Part shown: piece after piece, positions 14,112 through 23,231 of the stretch
Position numbering within the stretch: position 1 is the stretch's first letter
Layout of the letters: each line of letters starts with the position of its first letter
IMG/VR virus record: IMGVR_UViG_3300037462_000130
Span: 1-32,477 of that record
Source of the DNA: a virus
Taxonomy: Duplodnaviria > Caudoviricetes
Direction: 5' to 3' (one strand)
DNA length: 32,477 nucleotides
The notes under the pieces: model-generated
What the model was told of the DNA's origin: nothing
The model's input: the letters and a program-made list of their open reading frames with translations, nothing else
Database searches by the model: none
Program-made: the position numbers and the translations under genes

Positions 14112-16751
14112 ATGAGAACAAAAGCTATAAAGGACTTCTTAACTAAAGCTACTCACCCTGACTTGGCTGAACTTTATAACTTTAACATGGAAGTGCAAGT
14201 TAATGTGGCCCAAGACGGCGGTACGCCAGTCGAGGGTACATACCAAGGTAGGCAATGGCGGGGTTGGACAGATGGTTTCCAAACTTGGAAGCCAATTCGG
14301 ATTCCTTATAGTGCAATGAAGGAACCGAACTATGAAGACAAACCTATGCGTTTTGACCTAGAGCGTTACGCTGAAGGTGTTGGTATGACGGGTTGGGATT
14401 GGGTCAATAAACGCACACGTTGGGTAGCTTTCGATTTTGATTCCATCACAGGTCACTCAGTTAAGCATCAACAAAAGTTAAGTGCAGAAGAATTGGAGCG
14501 AATCAAGAATTTAGCTTCAGAACTTCCTTGGACGACTATCCGAAAGAGTGCAGGCGGATCAGGACTACACATCTACGTTTTCGTGGATGCAGACGTAGAG
14601 ATACCAACACACACGGAGCACGCGGCCGTTGCCCGCTCAATTCTCTGTCTTATGTCAGGGTTATTGGGTTACAGCTTTCAGTCAAGTGTAGATGTGTGTG
14701 GTGGTAATATGTGGGTCTGGCACCGCAAGATGAAAGGGACTGATGGTTTAACTTTAATTAAGAAAGGCGGGACACTTAATCGTCTACCAGACAACTGGCA
14801 AGATCATATTGGCGTTGCTATGCGACGTAGCCGTAAGGTTCAACCAAACTTTACGGATGACTTATTTGATCAGATGTCTGGGCAACGGTTAAAACAAGAA
14901 CTCGATAGTGAACATAGAAAGTTACTTAACTTTCTTCAAGAGAATAACTGCCGTTGGTGGTGGGATAACGACTACAATATGCTTGTCACCCACACAATCC
15001 ACTTAAAAGAAGCATATGACCAACTTAAGTTAAAAGGACTCTTCCAAACTTTATCGACAGGAGCTGAACGTGGACATGACCATAACTGTTATGCGTTCCC
15101 GCTCACTATGGGAGCGTGGGTTGTACGTCGCTACGGTCAACGCACGGCGGAAGCCCCAACGTGGTCGCAAGATGCTAATGGGTACACTCGTTGCTACTTT
15201 AACAAAGACTGCGATTTCGAGACGCTATGTAGAATTTACCAAGGTATAGAACATGAGAAAGGTGGATATCAATTCAATAGTTTGAAGGATGCCCAAAGTG
15301 TAATCCGTTTGATGGGCGGCTCAATTGATACCCCAGAATCCCTAACATACAACAAAACTAGGTTGATTGTACACAACGACAACAAGGTTTTAGTTAAAGT
15401 CGATAACGCTTCCAATCAAGTTGCCCCTGGTTGGATTGATGAGAAAAAGACTTTAAGTAAAATCATTGACACTAGTCGACCACAGAAAGAGGAACAATCA
15501 ACTTTAGTTGAAGACTTGGTGCGTCACGTTGTAACCGCAAGTGGAGATGACGGCGGTTGGTTAATCAATACGTCTAATACTTGGCGTGTTGAACCTATTA
15601 ATCACGTCTATGCTGCCCTCTCTAGTTTAGGTTACAATAATCGTGACTCTAAAAACTTGGTTGGGACATCAATCCGCAATCCCTGGACATTAGTAAATAT
15701 CCCTTTTCAACCAGAGTACCCAGGAAACAGACAATGGAATCGGAATGCAGCACAACTAGCGGTCTTACCTAATCTAGACCGTGATTCTCGAAGTTATCCA
15801 ACCTGGACATCAATGTTAAAACACTTAGGTGAAGATTTAGATCAAGCAGTTAAAGAAGACCAATGGTGTAACTCAAATGGAATTTTAACTGGAGCTGATT
15901 ATCTGAAAACCTGGATCGCCTCATTGTTTAAGGCTCCGATGGACCCACTACCTTACCTATTCTTTTATGGGGATCAGAATTGCGGTAAATCAAGTTTTCA
16001 TGAAAGTGTCGGAAAGTTAATCTCACGGGGCTATCGTCGTGCTGAACACGCTATCACCAGTTCTTCTGGTTTTAACTCTGAATTGGCAAATGCAGTTTTG
16101 TGTGCTATCGAAGAAATTGATCTTTCTCGAAACGCATTGGCACTCAATCGAATCAAAGACTGGGTTACGTCACGTCAGATCACGATTCATGCGAAAGGGG
16201 AAACACCGTACTTAAGTCAAAATAGTACGCACTGGGTTCAATGTGGTAATGATATGCGACATTGTCCTGTATTTCCAGGCGATTCACGTATCACTGTAGT
16301 TAAAGTTAAAAGTTTAGTCAGTGAAATTCCACGGTATATGTTTGAATCTAGGATTATGGCTGAGGCAAGTGACTTCCTAGGTGACATTCTAGACCTTGAA
16401 TTACCAAAACCAAATGGCCGTTTGAACATCCCTGTACTCAACAACCAATCGAAGACATTCCTAATGGAAACTAACAAGACTGCATTAGAGCTTTTCATCG
16501 AAGAGCACGTCCGCTCGGTTGACGGTTGTGCCGTGACAATCTCTGACTTCTTCGACCGTTTCGTGAACTGGTTAGAGCCGGTTGAGGCCACTAGGTGGAG
16601 CAAGCGGCGGGTCACGAGTGAGAGTGGGTTTATTCGTGGTAGACTCACTCAAAACGCTAACTGGCATTATGGCAACATAACCTTTGACCAAGATGCCGTC
16701 CCAAGTCAACCCTACATCGTAGATGGTGTATTTCTAAGGAAGGTTAAATGA
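14112..16751 (+). CDS. Primase-helicase (AEP/prim-pol N-terminus, D5-like P-loop helicase C-terminus)
   Basis: WVAFDFD and KSAGGSGLHIYV (AEP motifs); YGDQNCGKSS Walker A; CAIEEI Walker B; IHAKG. GAGGAG RBS precedes ATG 14112. Confidence 0.85.
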   Translation: MRTKAIKDFLTKATHPDLAELYNFNMEVQVNVAQDGGTPVEGTYQGRQWRGWTDGFQTWKPIRIPYSAMKEPNYEDKPMRFDLERYAEGVGMTGWDWVNKRTRWVAFDFDSITGHSVKHQQKLSAEELERIKNLASELPWTTIRKSAGGSGLHIYVFVDADVEIPTHTEHAAVARSILCLMSGLLGYSFQSSVDVCGGNMWVWHRKMKGTDGLTLIKKGGTLNRLPDNWQDHIGVAMRRSRKVQPNFTDDLFDQMSGQRLKQELDSEHRKLLNFLQENNCRWWWDNDYNMLVTHTIHLKEAYDQLKLKGLFQTLSTGAERGHDHNCYAFPLTMGAWVVRRYGQRTAEAPTWSQDANGYTRCYFNKDCDFETLCRIYQGIEHEKGGYQFNSLKDAQSVIRLMGGSIDTPESLTYNKTRLIVHNDNKVLVKVDNASNQVAPGWIDEKKTLSKIIDTSRPQKEEQSTLVEDLVRHVVTASGDDGGWLINTSNTWRVEPINHVYAALSSLGYNNRDSKNLVGTSIRNPWTLVNIPFQPEYPGNRQWNRNAAQLAVLPNLDRDSRSYPTWTSMLKHLGEDLDQAVKEDQWCNSNGILTGADYLKTWIASLFKAPMDPLPYLFFYGDQNCGKSSFHESVGKLISRGYRRAEHAITSSSGFNSELANAVLCAIEEIDLSRNALALNRIKDWVTSRQITIHAKGETPYLSQNSTHWVQCGNDMRHCPVFPGDSRITVVKVKSLVSEIPRYMFESRIMAEASDFLGDILDLELPKPNGRLNIPVLNNQSKTFLMETNKTALELFIEEHVRSVDGCAVTISDFFDRFVNWLEPVEATRWSKRRVTSESGFIRGRLTQNANWHYGNITFDQDAVPSQPYIVDGVFLRKVK

Positions 16752-17293
16752 AGATTGTGGCTCTCGGCCATCGCAAGAAAGTGGGCAAAGATACATTTGC
16801 CCGCTTTATTGTCCGGCATATTCGAATGCAACACCCTTCAATTAAAGTTAAACTTGAAGGGTTTGCTGATGCTTTGAAAGACGTCGCTTACAGGTTGTAT
16901 GCTTGGACTGGCTTACAACCTGGTAGTTACTATGAGTTACATCCTGAAGATAAGGATAAATTGTTAATCTCGATAGGTAAAACGCCACGTGCTCTCTGGA
17001 TCGTGTTAGCCAAGGCTTTGCGAGATTTTGATCCTAAGATTTTCGCAGATGCATTGTTAAAAACTCGTGACTGTGATGTCCTTATCATTAAGGATTTACG
17101 GTACTATGTTGAGATCAATGAGTTACCACCAGGTACACTTATTGCTCGAATTGAGAGGGAAACTGATGAACCTCTCGACGCTCCTGATGGTGAACTTTCT
17201 AACTATAACTGGCCGATGACCATTTACAACAATGGTTCTGTCCAGGAATTATACAAGAAAGCTATCGACTTCACGGAAGATTACCTAATCTGA
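16748..17293 (+). CDS. Deoxynucleoside monophosphate kinase
   Basis: ALGHRKKVGKDT P-loop, FADALKD and IIKDLRY, typical of T4 gp1-like dNMP kinases. Confidence 0.85.
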   Translation: MKIVALGHRKKVGKDTFARFIVRHIRMQHPSIKVKLEGFADALKDVAYRLYAWTGLQPGSYYELHPEDKDKLLISIGKTPRALWIVLAKALRDFDPKIFADALLKTRDCDVLIIKDLRYYVEINELPPGTLIARIERETDEPLDAPDGELSNYNWPMTIYNNGSVQELYKKAIDFTEDYLI

Positions 17294-17300
17294 GGTTACT

Positions 17301-17432
17301 ATGGAATACATTTCATTAGTCTTAGCTGTTCCACTACTCACTGCTCTCATCCTTTTGGTTCGGACAGAGAACCGAATCATCAAACAATTGGAAGATACTA
17401 TCCACGATTTTGAAGAGAAGACTAAATCATGA
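17301..17432 (+). CDS. Small single-pass membrane protein (43 aa; absent from ORF track)
   Basis: GAGG RBS; MEYISLVLAVPLLTALILLVRTENRIIKQLEDTIHDFEEKTKS; ATGA overlap with the next gene. Confidence 0.7.
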   Translation: MEYISLVLAVPLLTALILLVRTENRIIKQLEDTIHDFEEKTKS

Positions 17433-18220
17433 TGTTTACAGATACCTCATACTTGACTTTCAGGCATAACACAGTAACAATCAATAGCAAACATATGTAT
17501 CATGGGATTCAAGATGTCTGCACAACACGAAAACATGCTTACCTGTTTACTGGTGAAGTAGCTTTAGTTTTCAGGGGAACTCGATGTATTTCATCGATTC
17601 ATGTCACACACTCAACAAAACATGCCGTGAGTGAACAAGGTGACATTCTATCCTTCAATCCATACGTTTGCCTTAATGGTAAACGTCTTGGGCCTAGCTG
17701 TGAATATGCTGCTTTCAAACCAAATGGTAGCCAATTCGTCACAGCTAGTCGAGCAGGATACTCTATCTACAATAAAGATGGTACACCTGTTGATTTCTGG
17801 CTGTGTGACGGCATAACTAATGTTGTCTGGGCCGATAAACTGTATCTACAAACTGGTAGGGATATCCTAACCTTACCTAATAAAACTTTACTTAAAAATC
17901 GGACAATCCTTGGGGTGACAGATGAAGGTTACATCGTAACTAGTATTGGTGAAATCATTGATCCACTCACAGACGACACATTATTGGCTGTCCGATACCG
18001 ATCAGCGGAATTGTTTTTCAGGGATAACCGATTTGCCACTAACACGCGAATTTACAGCTTCACAGAATGGGTATGTTTACAACTTGACATCAAACTTCCT
18101 CAAATTGATGGCCCAGCTTTAATTGTAGCTGACTATTTAGAAGAATACGGGCACAAGGGACACGAACAACTTCGAGAATTCATGAGGGTCTATGATAAAT
18201 ATATCCCCGGTACGACATAA
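17429..18220 (+). CDS. Beta-propeller-like protein with C-terminal TIGR02996-like helix
   Basis: WD40-like AAFKPNGSQFVTAS; C-terminal PALIVADYLEEYG...QLREF. Confidence 0.8.
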   Translation: MMFTDTSYLTFRHNTVTINSKHMYHGIQDVCTTRKHAYLFTGEVALVFRGTRCISSIHVTHSTKHAVSEQGDILSFNPYVCLNGKRLGPSCEYAAFKPNGSQFVTASRAGYSIYNKDGTPVDFWLCDGITNVVWADKLYLQTGRDILTLPNKTLLKNRTILGVTDEGYIVTSIGEIIDPLTDDTLLAVRYRSAELFFRDNRFATNTRIYSFTEWVCLQLDIKLPQIDGPALIVADYLEEYGHKGHEQLREFMRVYDKYIPGTT

Positions 18221-19042
18221 TGCTACCTTCCAATTCAATGATACTGTATCAACAATTACTTATGGTAATACCGCAGTCTTTTTAACTAAAAATAAGTGGC
18301 ACACTACCAAATATAACACACTCTCCAACTTTAACTGACACACTTCTTCCACGTTTCAGATGATGTGGTTTATGTCTATGACCTTGAACTCAAAGAAGTT
18401 GGTTTATTCTACACTCAACCAACTTATCACTATGTCGGACACAAAGACAAATTAGCTGTAATAACTTACACTGAATCAACAGTATATAATGCGAAGGGTA
18501 AGGTTCTTTGGACTGGTAGCGGTGGTAACCACGGTGTATTCTCACCGTGTGGTGAATACCTAGTTACTAATAGCTCGTTGGATGAGTGTACCGTCTCTAG
18601 TCGTGAAGGTAGTTATCACTTACCTTGTGTCGGTGTTTACCTTCACTGGGATGAACACTGGGGACTGGTAAATAACAACAATTTACCAATCCCTTCCTGG
18701 GTTACACTTGGGTTTACACCAAATGGAAACATTGTAACCCATAGTGGCCGTATCATTAACTTTAATGGTGACGAGGTGTTTCGAATTGTTGAACCAATTG
18801 CATTCGTACATAAGGACTGTGTTGCCTTACGCTTTGAAAATTCAATTAGAATTTACACTTACAATGAACTGATACTTCGTCACCTAAACATAACATCAGA
18901 CGTAAACCCAGACTGCCCACTGCTAATTTTAGCTGACTTCTTAGAGGAACGTGGCAGTGGACTCGGACCCTACAACCTAGTTGAGGATTCTCAACGTCTC
19001 CGTAACCTTTTGGAGCTTTATGAAAACGCTAAACCCAGGTGA
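18192..19042 (+). pseudogene. Beta-propeller-like paralog split by a frameshift near 18335
   Basis: RBS plus ATG at 18192 gives 48 aa ending at TGA 18336-38. The -1 frame opens at 18335 and runs to 19042 (VFSPCGEYLVT; CPLLILADFLEERG). The joined length of about 283 aa is close to the paralogs. Restart at GTG 18365 is possible. Confidence 0.6.
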
Positions 19043-19784
19043 AGCAATATACAGCTTTTCTTACACAGCAAAAGGCATTTACCTTTCAACCTACAGTGGC
19101 CTTCACTTCTGGGATAAGCACTATTTTCTTTCTTCCGCCGCATCAGAATATGCGGCATTCAGTTTCACGTGTGACTATGCAATAACCTATCATGGTACGA
19201 CTTACACTATCCGTGATGGTCTAACAAAAGTTACACAGCTTGTAAATCCTGGTGTTTTAGTTCAAGCTACAGGCTCTTGGTTAATCTTCAGACACAATGA
19301 AAACATCATTGCTATGAATCTAGATGGTAGGACAATATCAAGTGGGGATGCTAAGAGTGGTTTTGTCGCTGAGAGGCACAAACTTGAAGTAGTTATCGAT
19401 GGTGAAACATACTTATGGGATCTAGATGCTCAATCTTTAACTAAAATTAAACCACGGATGTACTGTATTTATGGTTGGACACCCAGTGGCAATATTATTG
19501 CGATGGATAGGACAATCCGGCACAAAACGACAGGGGATGTGCTTTTAACAATACCTCACTACTTACAACCAACACAATTACACTCAGGTAAGGTCATCCG
19601 TCAATTCTCCCGCACACTTGATATCTATGATTTCAATGAATGGTTGAATCTGTGTTTGGTAGAAGATTTACCAACTGATATCAACCATAACTGTCCACCG
19701 CTAATTTTAGCTGACTTCTTAGAGGAACGGGGTAGTGGTCTTGGACCCTACAGTCTAGTTGAGGATGCTCAACGTATCCGAAAC
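18912..19784. repeat. 95-bp direct repeat (18912-19006 and 19690-19784) encoding the constant C-terminal module
   Basis: 84/95 nt identical by manual alignment; the remainder of the two genes is barely alignable. Confidence 0.9.
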
Positions 19785-19811
19785 TTCATGGAGAAATATG
19801 ATGCCGAGTAG
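19020..19811 (+). CDS. Beta-propeller-like protein with C-terminal TIGR02996-like helix
   Basis: GGAG RBS and ATG 19020; GWTPSGNII; CPPLILADFLEERGSGLGPYSLVEDAQRIRNF. Confidence 0.8.
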   Translation: MKTLNPGEAIYSFSYTAKGIYLSTYSGLHFWDKHYFLSSAASEYAAFSFTCDYAITYHGTTYTIRDGLTKVTQLVNPGVLVQATGSWLIFRHNENIIAMNLDGRTISSGDAKSGFVAERHKLEVVIDGETYLWDLDAQSLTKIKPRMYCIYGWTPSGNIIAMDRTIRHKTTGDVLLTIPHYLQPTQLHSGKVIRQFSRTLDIYDFNEWLNLCLVEDLPTDINHNCPPLILADFLEERGSGLGPYSLVEDAQRIRNFMEKYDAE

Positions 19812-20430
19812 GAGCCACTTAGATGACTCAATTATGTGTTCGCTAGCGATTAAAACTAGCGGTAAAACACCATACAACAACTGCATCCTTGAAGTGGTAG
19901 CGTTACCATTTGACCGCAACTTCAAGTTAAACAGTTCCCGTGGAATCTTTACAGCTCTCAATCTGAAACCAACGATTCCATACAACGACGAGATGACAAT
20001 CTCACACGATGAGTACATTCAACGTAAGATCAATGGCGTTGACCCGATGTACTACGCAGACCTCTTTGAACAGTGGAAGGTCAAGTTAGGTTTACCTGAA
20101 ACTCATCCAATCCTAACTTTAACTTACAAACCATACACTTTTACTAACTTTATGACTGAGTGGTTAGGTTTCACGACATTCAATTTCGTATTCGGTGACA
20201 AGATTCGAGCAATTGATACCTTTGCTCAGATGTACAAAGATTGTACTTGGTATCGAGCCGATGACTTCCTCTTTAACCAGACGACTTATATGTCTTTAGC
20301 TAATGACTGTGGGGTGGAAGCGTCATTAAAGGACAGTACTTGGCAACGGGCAGTCAACTACATGCTAATCTACTGTAAGTTATTAGAGAAAGGTGCTCTT
20401 TATGAACGGACGGGTGCAATCAAACGGTAA
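19798..20430 (+). CDS. DEDDh/DnaQ-like exonuclease-fold protein lacking catalytic residues
   Basis: SLAIKTSGKTP...ILEVVAL corresponds to D.ETTG..P...I.EI; RAIDT; SLANDCGV; terminal helix IYCKLL. Confidence 0.65.
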   Translation: MMPSRSHLDDSIMCSLAIKTSGKTPYNNCILEVVALPFDRNFKLNSSRGIFTALNLKPTIPYNDEMTISHDEYIQRKINGVDPMYYADLFEQWKVKLGLPETHPILTLTYKPYTFTNFMTEWLGFTTFNFVFGDKIRAIDTFAQMYKDCTWYRADDFLFNQTTYMSLANDCGVEASLKDSTWQRAVNYMLIYCKLLEKGALYERTGAIKR

Positions 20431-20668
20431 TCTCAAGTTGGATGCGCCATTCCCTATTAGCTTGAACTTAGAATGCTGGACTGTAATTGATGAGACTACC
20501 TTGGAGCCTCGTTTTCCTAAGTGTATACATTATAAGGTAAACGAGGTTACATTGAAGTGTGGTAAGAAACGCTACACTTGGTGGTGCAATTACTTTAAGG
20601 GAAATACAAGTGTACGCTTCTGTAACAATTGTGAGGTGAGGTGTGAAGGAAAAGTTACCGAAAGCTAA
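20402..20668 (+). CDS. Cys-rich hypothetical protein, possible Zn binder
   Basis: Seven Cys including CNNC; overlaps neighbours in the operon. Confidence 0.65.
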   Translation: MNGRVQSNGNLKLDAPFPISLNLECWTVIDETTLEPRFPKCIHYKVNEVTLKCGKKRYTWWCNYFKGNTSVRFCNNCEVRCEGKVTES

Positions 20669-21059
20669 AGACGGCTTCTTTATGCAAGACTATCACCCTG
20701 AGAAGTTAGTACCACAGTATTGGGGTGAAGGTCAAACTGGAAACCCGTATGAAGAACCTGATAATAGGGAAGCGGATAAATTGATCCGTCCGCTAACTAT
20801 TGTTAGGTTCACTTACGATTCAACATCTGTATATGAACCTGATACATCTGCTTGCGAAGATGCTGTTATCGGTGCAACAGGTGATACTCTCACCAGTATG
20901 GTTTGCTGTGACTATACATATAACTACGACCCTGAAACTGGTGAGTTGTTAGGTTTTACTGTGAAAGGTACTGAAGTTGATCTTGATGAAGACGGTATAA
21001 TCATTGCCGTGGGTACAAGCAAAATTTATAGTGACTATGACCCGTGTAACCCAACCTAA
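20643..21059 (+). CDS. Acidic hypothetical protein
   Basis: 138 aa, about 20% D+E; GAGG RBS before the GTG start. Confidence 0.7.
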   Translation: MKEKLPKAKDGFFMQDYHPEKLVPQYWGEGQTGNPYEEPDNREADKLIRPLTIVRFTYDSTSVYEPDTSACEDAVIGATGDTLTSMVCCDYTYNYDPETGELLGFTVKGTEVDLDEDGIIIAVGTSKIYSDYDPCNPT

Positions 21060-21067
21060 GAGGTTTT

Positions 21068-21532
21068 ATGGACTGGGCAAACGATATCGGGCCTGAACTA
21101 GAGGCCCGATATAAAACAGACGAAATGCGGAAGAAGAGTAACTATTTTGATAACGTAGACACAGACGAGTTCTTGTCTTCTGTTACCCCTGTCCACGACT
21201 TGTTCTACGGGACTAAAGTTAGGCACTATCTAGTTCTATCTTATCCGTATGAGTGGCCACCACCAGGATACGATGACAACGTAGAGAAGATCAAGAAGTA
21301 CTATGACCAATTTGAACTCTACGAAGTTTTTGTTTACATTGACGGTGTAACTTTAGATACAACCAGTGACCCTGTGGTTACAGATTTTGTATCGAATGTA
21401 GAATCTATGTGTGAAGAGTTGAGTGAGTACGGCTTCCGGTATAACGGGGTCATTGAAAGCGAAATTGAAGCTGATTATTTCTTTGATGAAATCGATGAAT
21501 TTTATAAGGATGACTATGGAGAATCTCTTTAA
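21068..21532 (+). CDS. Highly acidic hypothetical protein
   Basis: 154 aa, about 37 D+E versus about 12 K+R; GAGG RBS. Confidence 0.75.
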   Translation: MDWANDIGPELEARYKTDEMRKKSNYFDNVDTDEFLSSVTPVHDLFYGTKVRHYLVLSYPYEWPPPGYDDNVEKIKKYYDQFELYEVFVYIDGVTLDTTSDPVVTDFVSNVESMCEELSEYGFRYNGVIESEIEADYFFDEIDEFYKDDYGESL

Positions 21533-21839
21533 TAGGTTTGATGATCTAAACATACTGGATCTCTATAGTGCCTGGTTAATTGAACGATCGTCCTCTGTGG
21601 ATGAAGGTAGGACACTTCGGACACTTGTAACTTTAGCTAATAAAGGTCAACCAGTCGTTTCAGTTCAATGCAACATCCGCTGGTTTGTGATCAATGTCAC
21701 AAAGGGTACACTGGAGATTAAGTTACAATGTGAAGGCGTCCGAGTAGAAGCCATGCCAGGGCACTGTGTTATCAACGGTGATGTCCAGACTTTCCGATTT
21801 GTTGTCCCGAGGTATCTACATGCCAAGCGACCACTATAG
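21516..21839 (+). CDS. Small protein with degenerate N-terminal TIGR02996-like domain
   Basis: AAGGA RBS; MENLFNRFDDLNILDLYSAWLIER...EGRTLRTLVTL. Confidence 0.7.
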   Translation: MENLFNRFDDLNILDLYSAWLIERSSSVDEGRTLRTLVTLANKGQPVVSVQCNIRWFVINVTKGTLEIKLQCEGVRVEAMPGHCVINGDVQTFRFVVPRYLHAKRPL

Positions 21840-22225
21840 GATGTTGAGAGCCATCTACCACGACCCATCACTTATCGGAATTTATGCCGATTGGTTAGAA
21901 GAACATGGAATGGACAATTCGCTTGAATTAGCTATTGCTGAACTGCTCAGTCTGGGATGCCCTAAAGTCTGGGTTGCTATCCGTCCAGATATCTTAACGG
22001 GTATATTTGACTGTGTGATTGAAACAGAGCAGTTTATTGTGTGACTACTCAACTCTAACTGCCAAGCGTGTAATGCCATATCAAGTGAAAGCCCCACTTG
22101 TATATGGACCTCACAATGTAAGTACAATTGACCCGTTATCTTACACTGACCACTCTGTGATTATATCAACCGAATCCCCAAACAGTCGAATTAAGGAAAT
22201 TCTTCAAAGTGGAAAATTCTATTGA
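21820..22225 (+). pseudogene. TIGR02996-like domain protein split by a frameshift in TGTGTG (22038-22043)
   Basis: The first part (LRAIYHDPSLIGIYADWLEEHG) stops at 22044. The continuation CDYSTLTAKR...VKAPLV lies in another frame and aligns with the C-half of paralog 22773..23231. Confidence 0.7.
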
Positions 22226-22472
22226 AAACTTGTTTATCCGACATATACGTGACCCGTGTATCCTGGAATTGTATGCTGAGTGGTTAGTAAAGAATAGAGT
22301 TGAAGAAGGCTTAAGTCTTCAACTTTTGCTAAAACTGTACCGTGAAGGTTACAAACCAACCTTCGCAGGTTTTTGCTTTGATGGCCTTCGAGCCTACGAA
22401 GGCCTTGGTGATTACACAATTGATCCACCATTCTACATCCCAAAATGTATTAAACTGATACCGGACTACTAA
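22209..22472 (+). CDS. Small protein with degenerate N-terminal TIGR02996-like domain
   Basis: IRDPCILELYAEWLVKN..EEGLSLQLLLKL, similar to 21516..21839. Confidence 0.7.
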   Translation: MENSIENLFIRHIRDPCILELYAEWLVKNRVEEGLSLQLLLKLYREGYKPTFAGFCFDGLRAYEGLGDYTIDPPFYIPKCIKLIPDY

Positions 22473-22473
22473 C

Positions 22474-22776
22474 ATGGAAAACTTCCTCAAAGCCAACCCT
22501 GACGATCCAGTACAACTGTTAATTTATGCTGATTGGCTCGAAGAACATGGTTGTCCATACGCTTCCCAATTCATTCGAGCGTCAGCCAAATTACTTTCAA
22601 AAGGTATCAAGGCCGTCTACTTTCACCGTGGCACAAAACTTGATCTGACAACTGGTATGTTTGATGTTGGAGAGGGTTTACCAATGTGTGATGAAGATGA
22701 TGTCATTTATGGCTTAGACGGTGAAGTGTCAAGTGACCCTGACTTGATTAACTTTTACTTTCCGAAGTGTCTATGA
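22474..22776 (+). CDS. TIGR02996 (repeat-companion) domain protein
   Basis: FLKANPDDPVQLLIYADWLEEHGCPYASQFIR closely follows the TIGR02996 pattern as recalled (PDD...RLVYADWL.E.G...RAEFIR). Confidence 0.85.
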   Translation: MENFLKANPDDPVQLLIYADWLEEHGCPYASQFIRASAKLLSKGIKAVYFHRGTKLDLTTGMFDVGEGLPMCDEDDVIYGLDGEVSSDPDLINFYFPKCL

Positions 22777-23231
22777 ATTTCTACACTCAATACAAACAAC
22801 CAGAACCATCTGCTTTCCTGAAAGCTGTGTGCGATGACCCATCGCTTATTGGAATCTATTCTGATTGGTTAGAGGAACATGGTTTTGATTTTGGATTTGA
22901 GCGAGCTATCTCTGAGCTTGTTAGCTTAGGTTACACAAGGGTCTGGCTCGCTCTTAAACCAGCAATCACTGTACATCTTATCACACTCGAAGTCTCGTTC
23001 TGGGATGTGGTGTGTTTAGATTTCACTACCTTACTTGCCACTTTAATGTCAGGTTGGGATGTGAATGGTCCGCTAGTTTGTGAGGATATTACAACTTGCG
23101 TTGGGACTATTGGTAATAAATCTAAATACAGTGTTTATTACAATCGCCCACTCAATAGAGGCCGTGTTTTCCAACTTCTAGAAACCCATTTTACGGACGC
23201 ACGATTATGGACACTAATGAGGCTGTTATGA
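22773..23231 (+). CDS. TIGR02996-like domain protein
   Basis: AFLKAVCDDPSLIGIYSDWLEEHG; paralog of 21820..22225 at both protein and DNA level. Confidence 0.8.
   Translation: MNFYTQYKQPEPSAFLKAVCDDPSLIGIYSDWLEEHGFDFGFERAISELVSLGYTRVWLALKPAITVHLITLEVSFWDVVCLDFTTLLATLMSGWDVNGPLVCEDITTCVGTIGNKSKYSVYYNRPLNRGRVFQLLETHFTDARLWTLMRLL

Noticed and set aside
17301-17432. Holin call for the small membrane protein
   Set aside because: No endolysin nearby and it sits in a replication/accessory operon; left as an unknown membrane protein.
18912-19784. Diversity-generating retroelement template/variable repeat pair
   Set aside because: Mismatches are not adenine-specific and are mostly synonymous, both copies are coding, and there is no reverse transcriptase in the window. 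The same applies to the 2388/3014 repeats.
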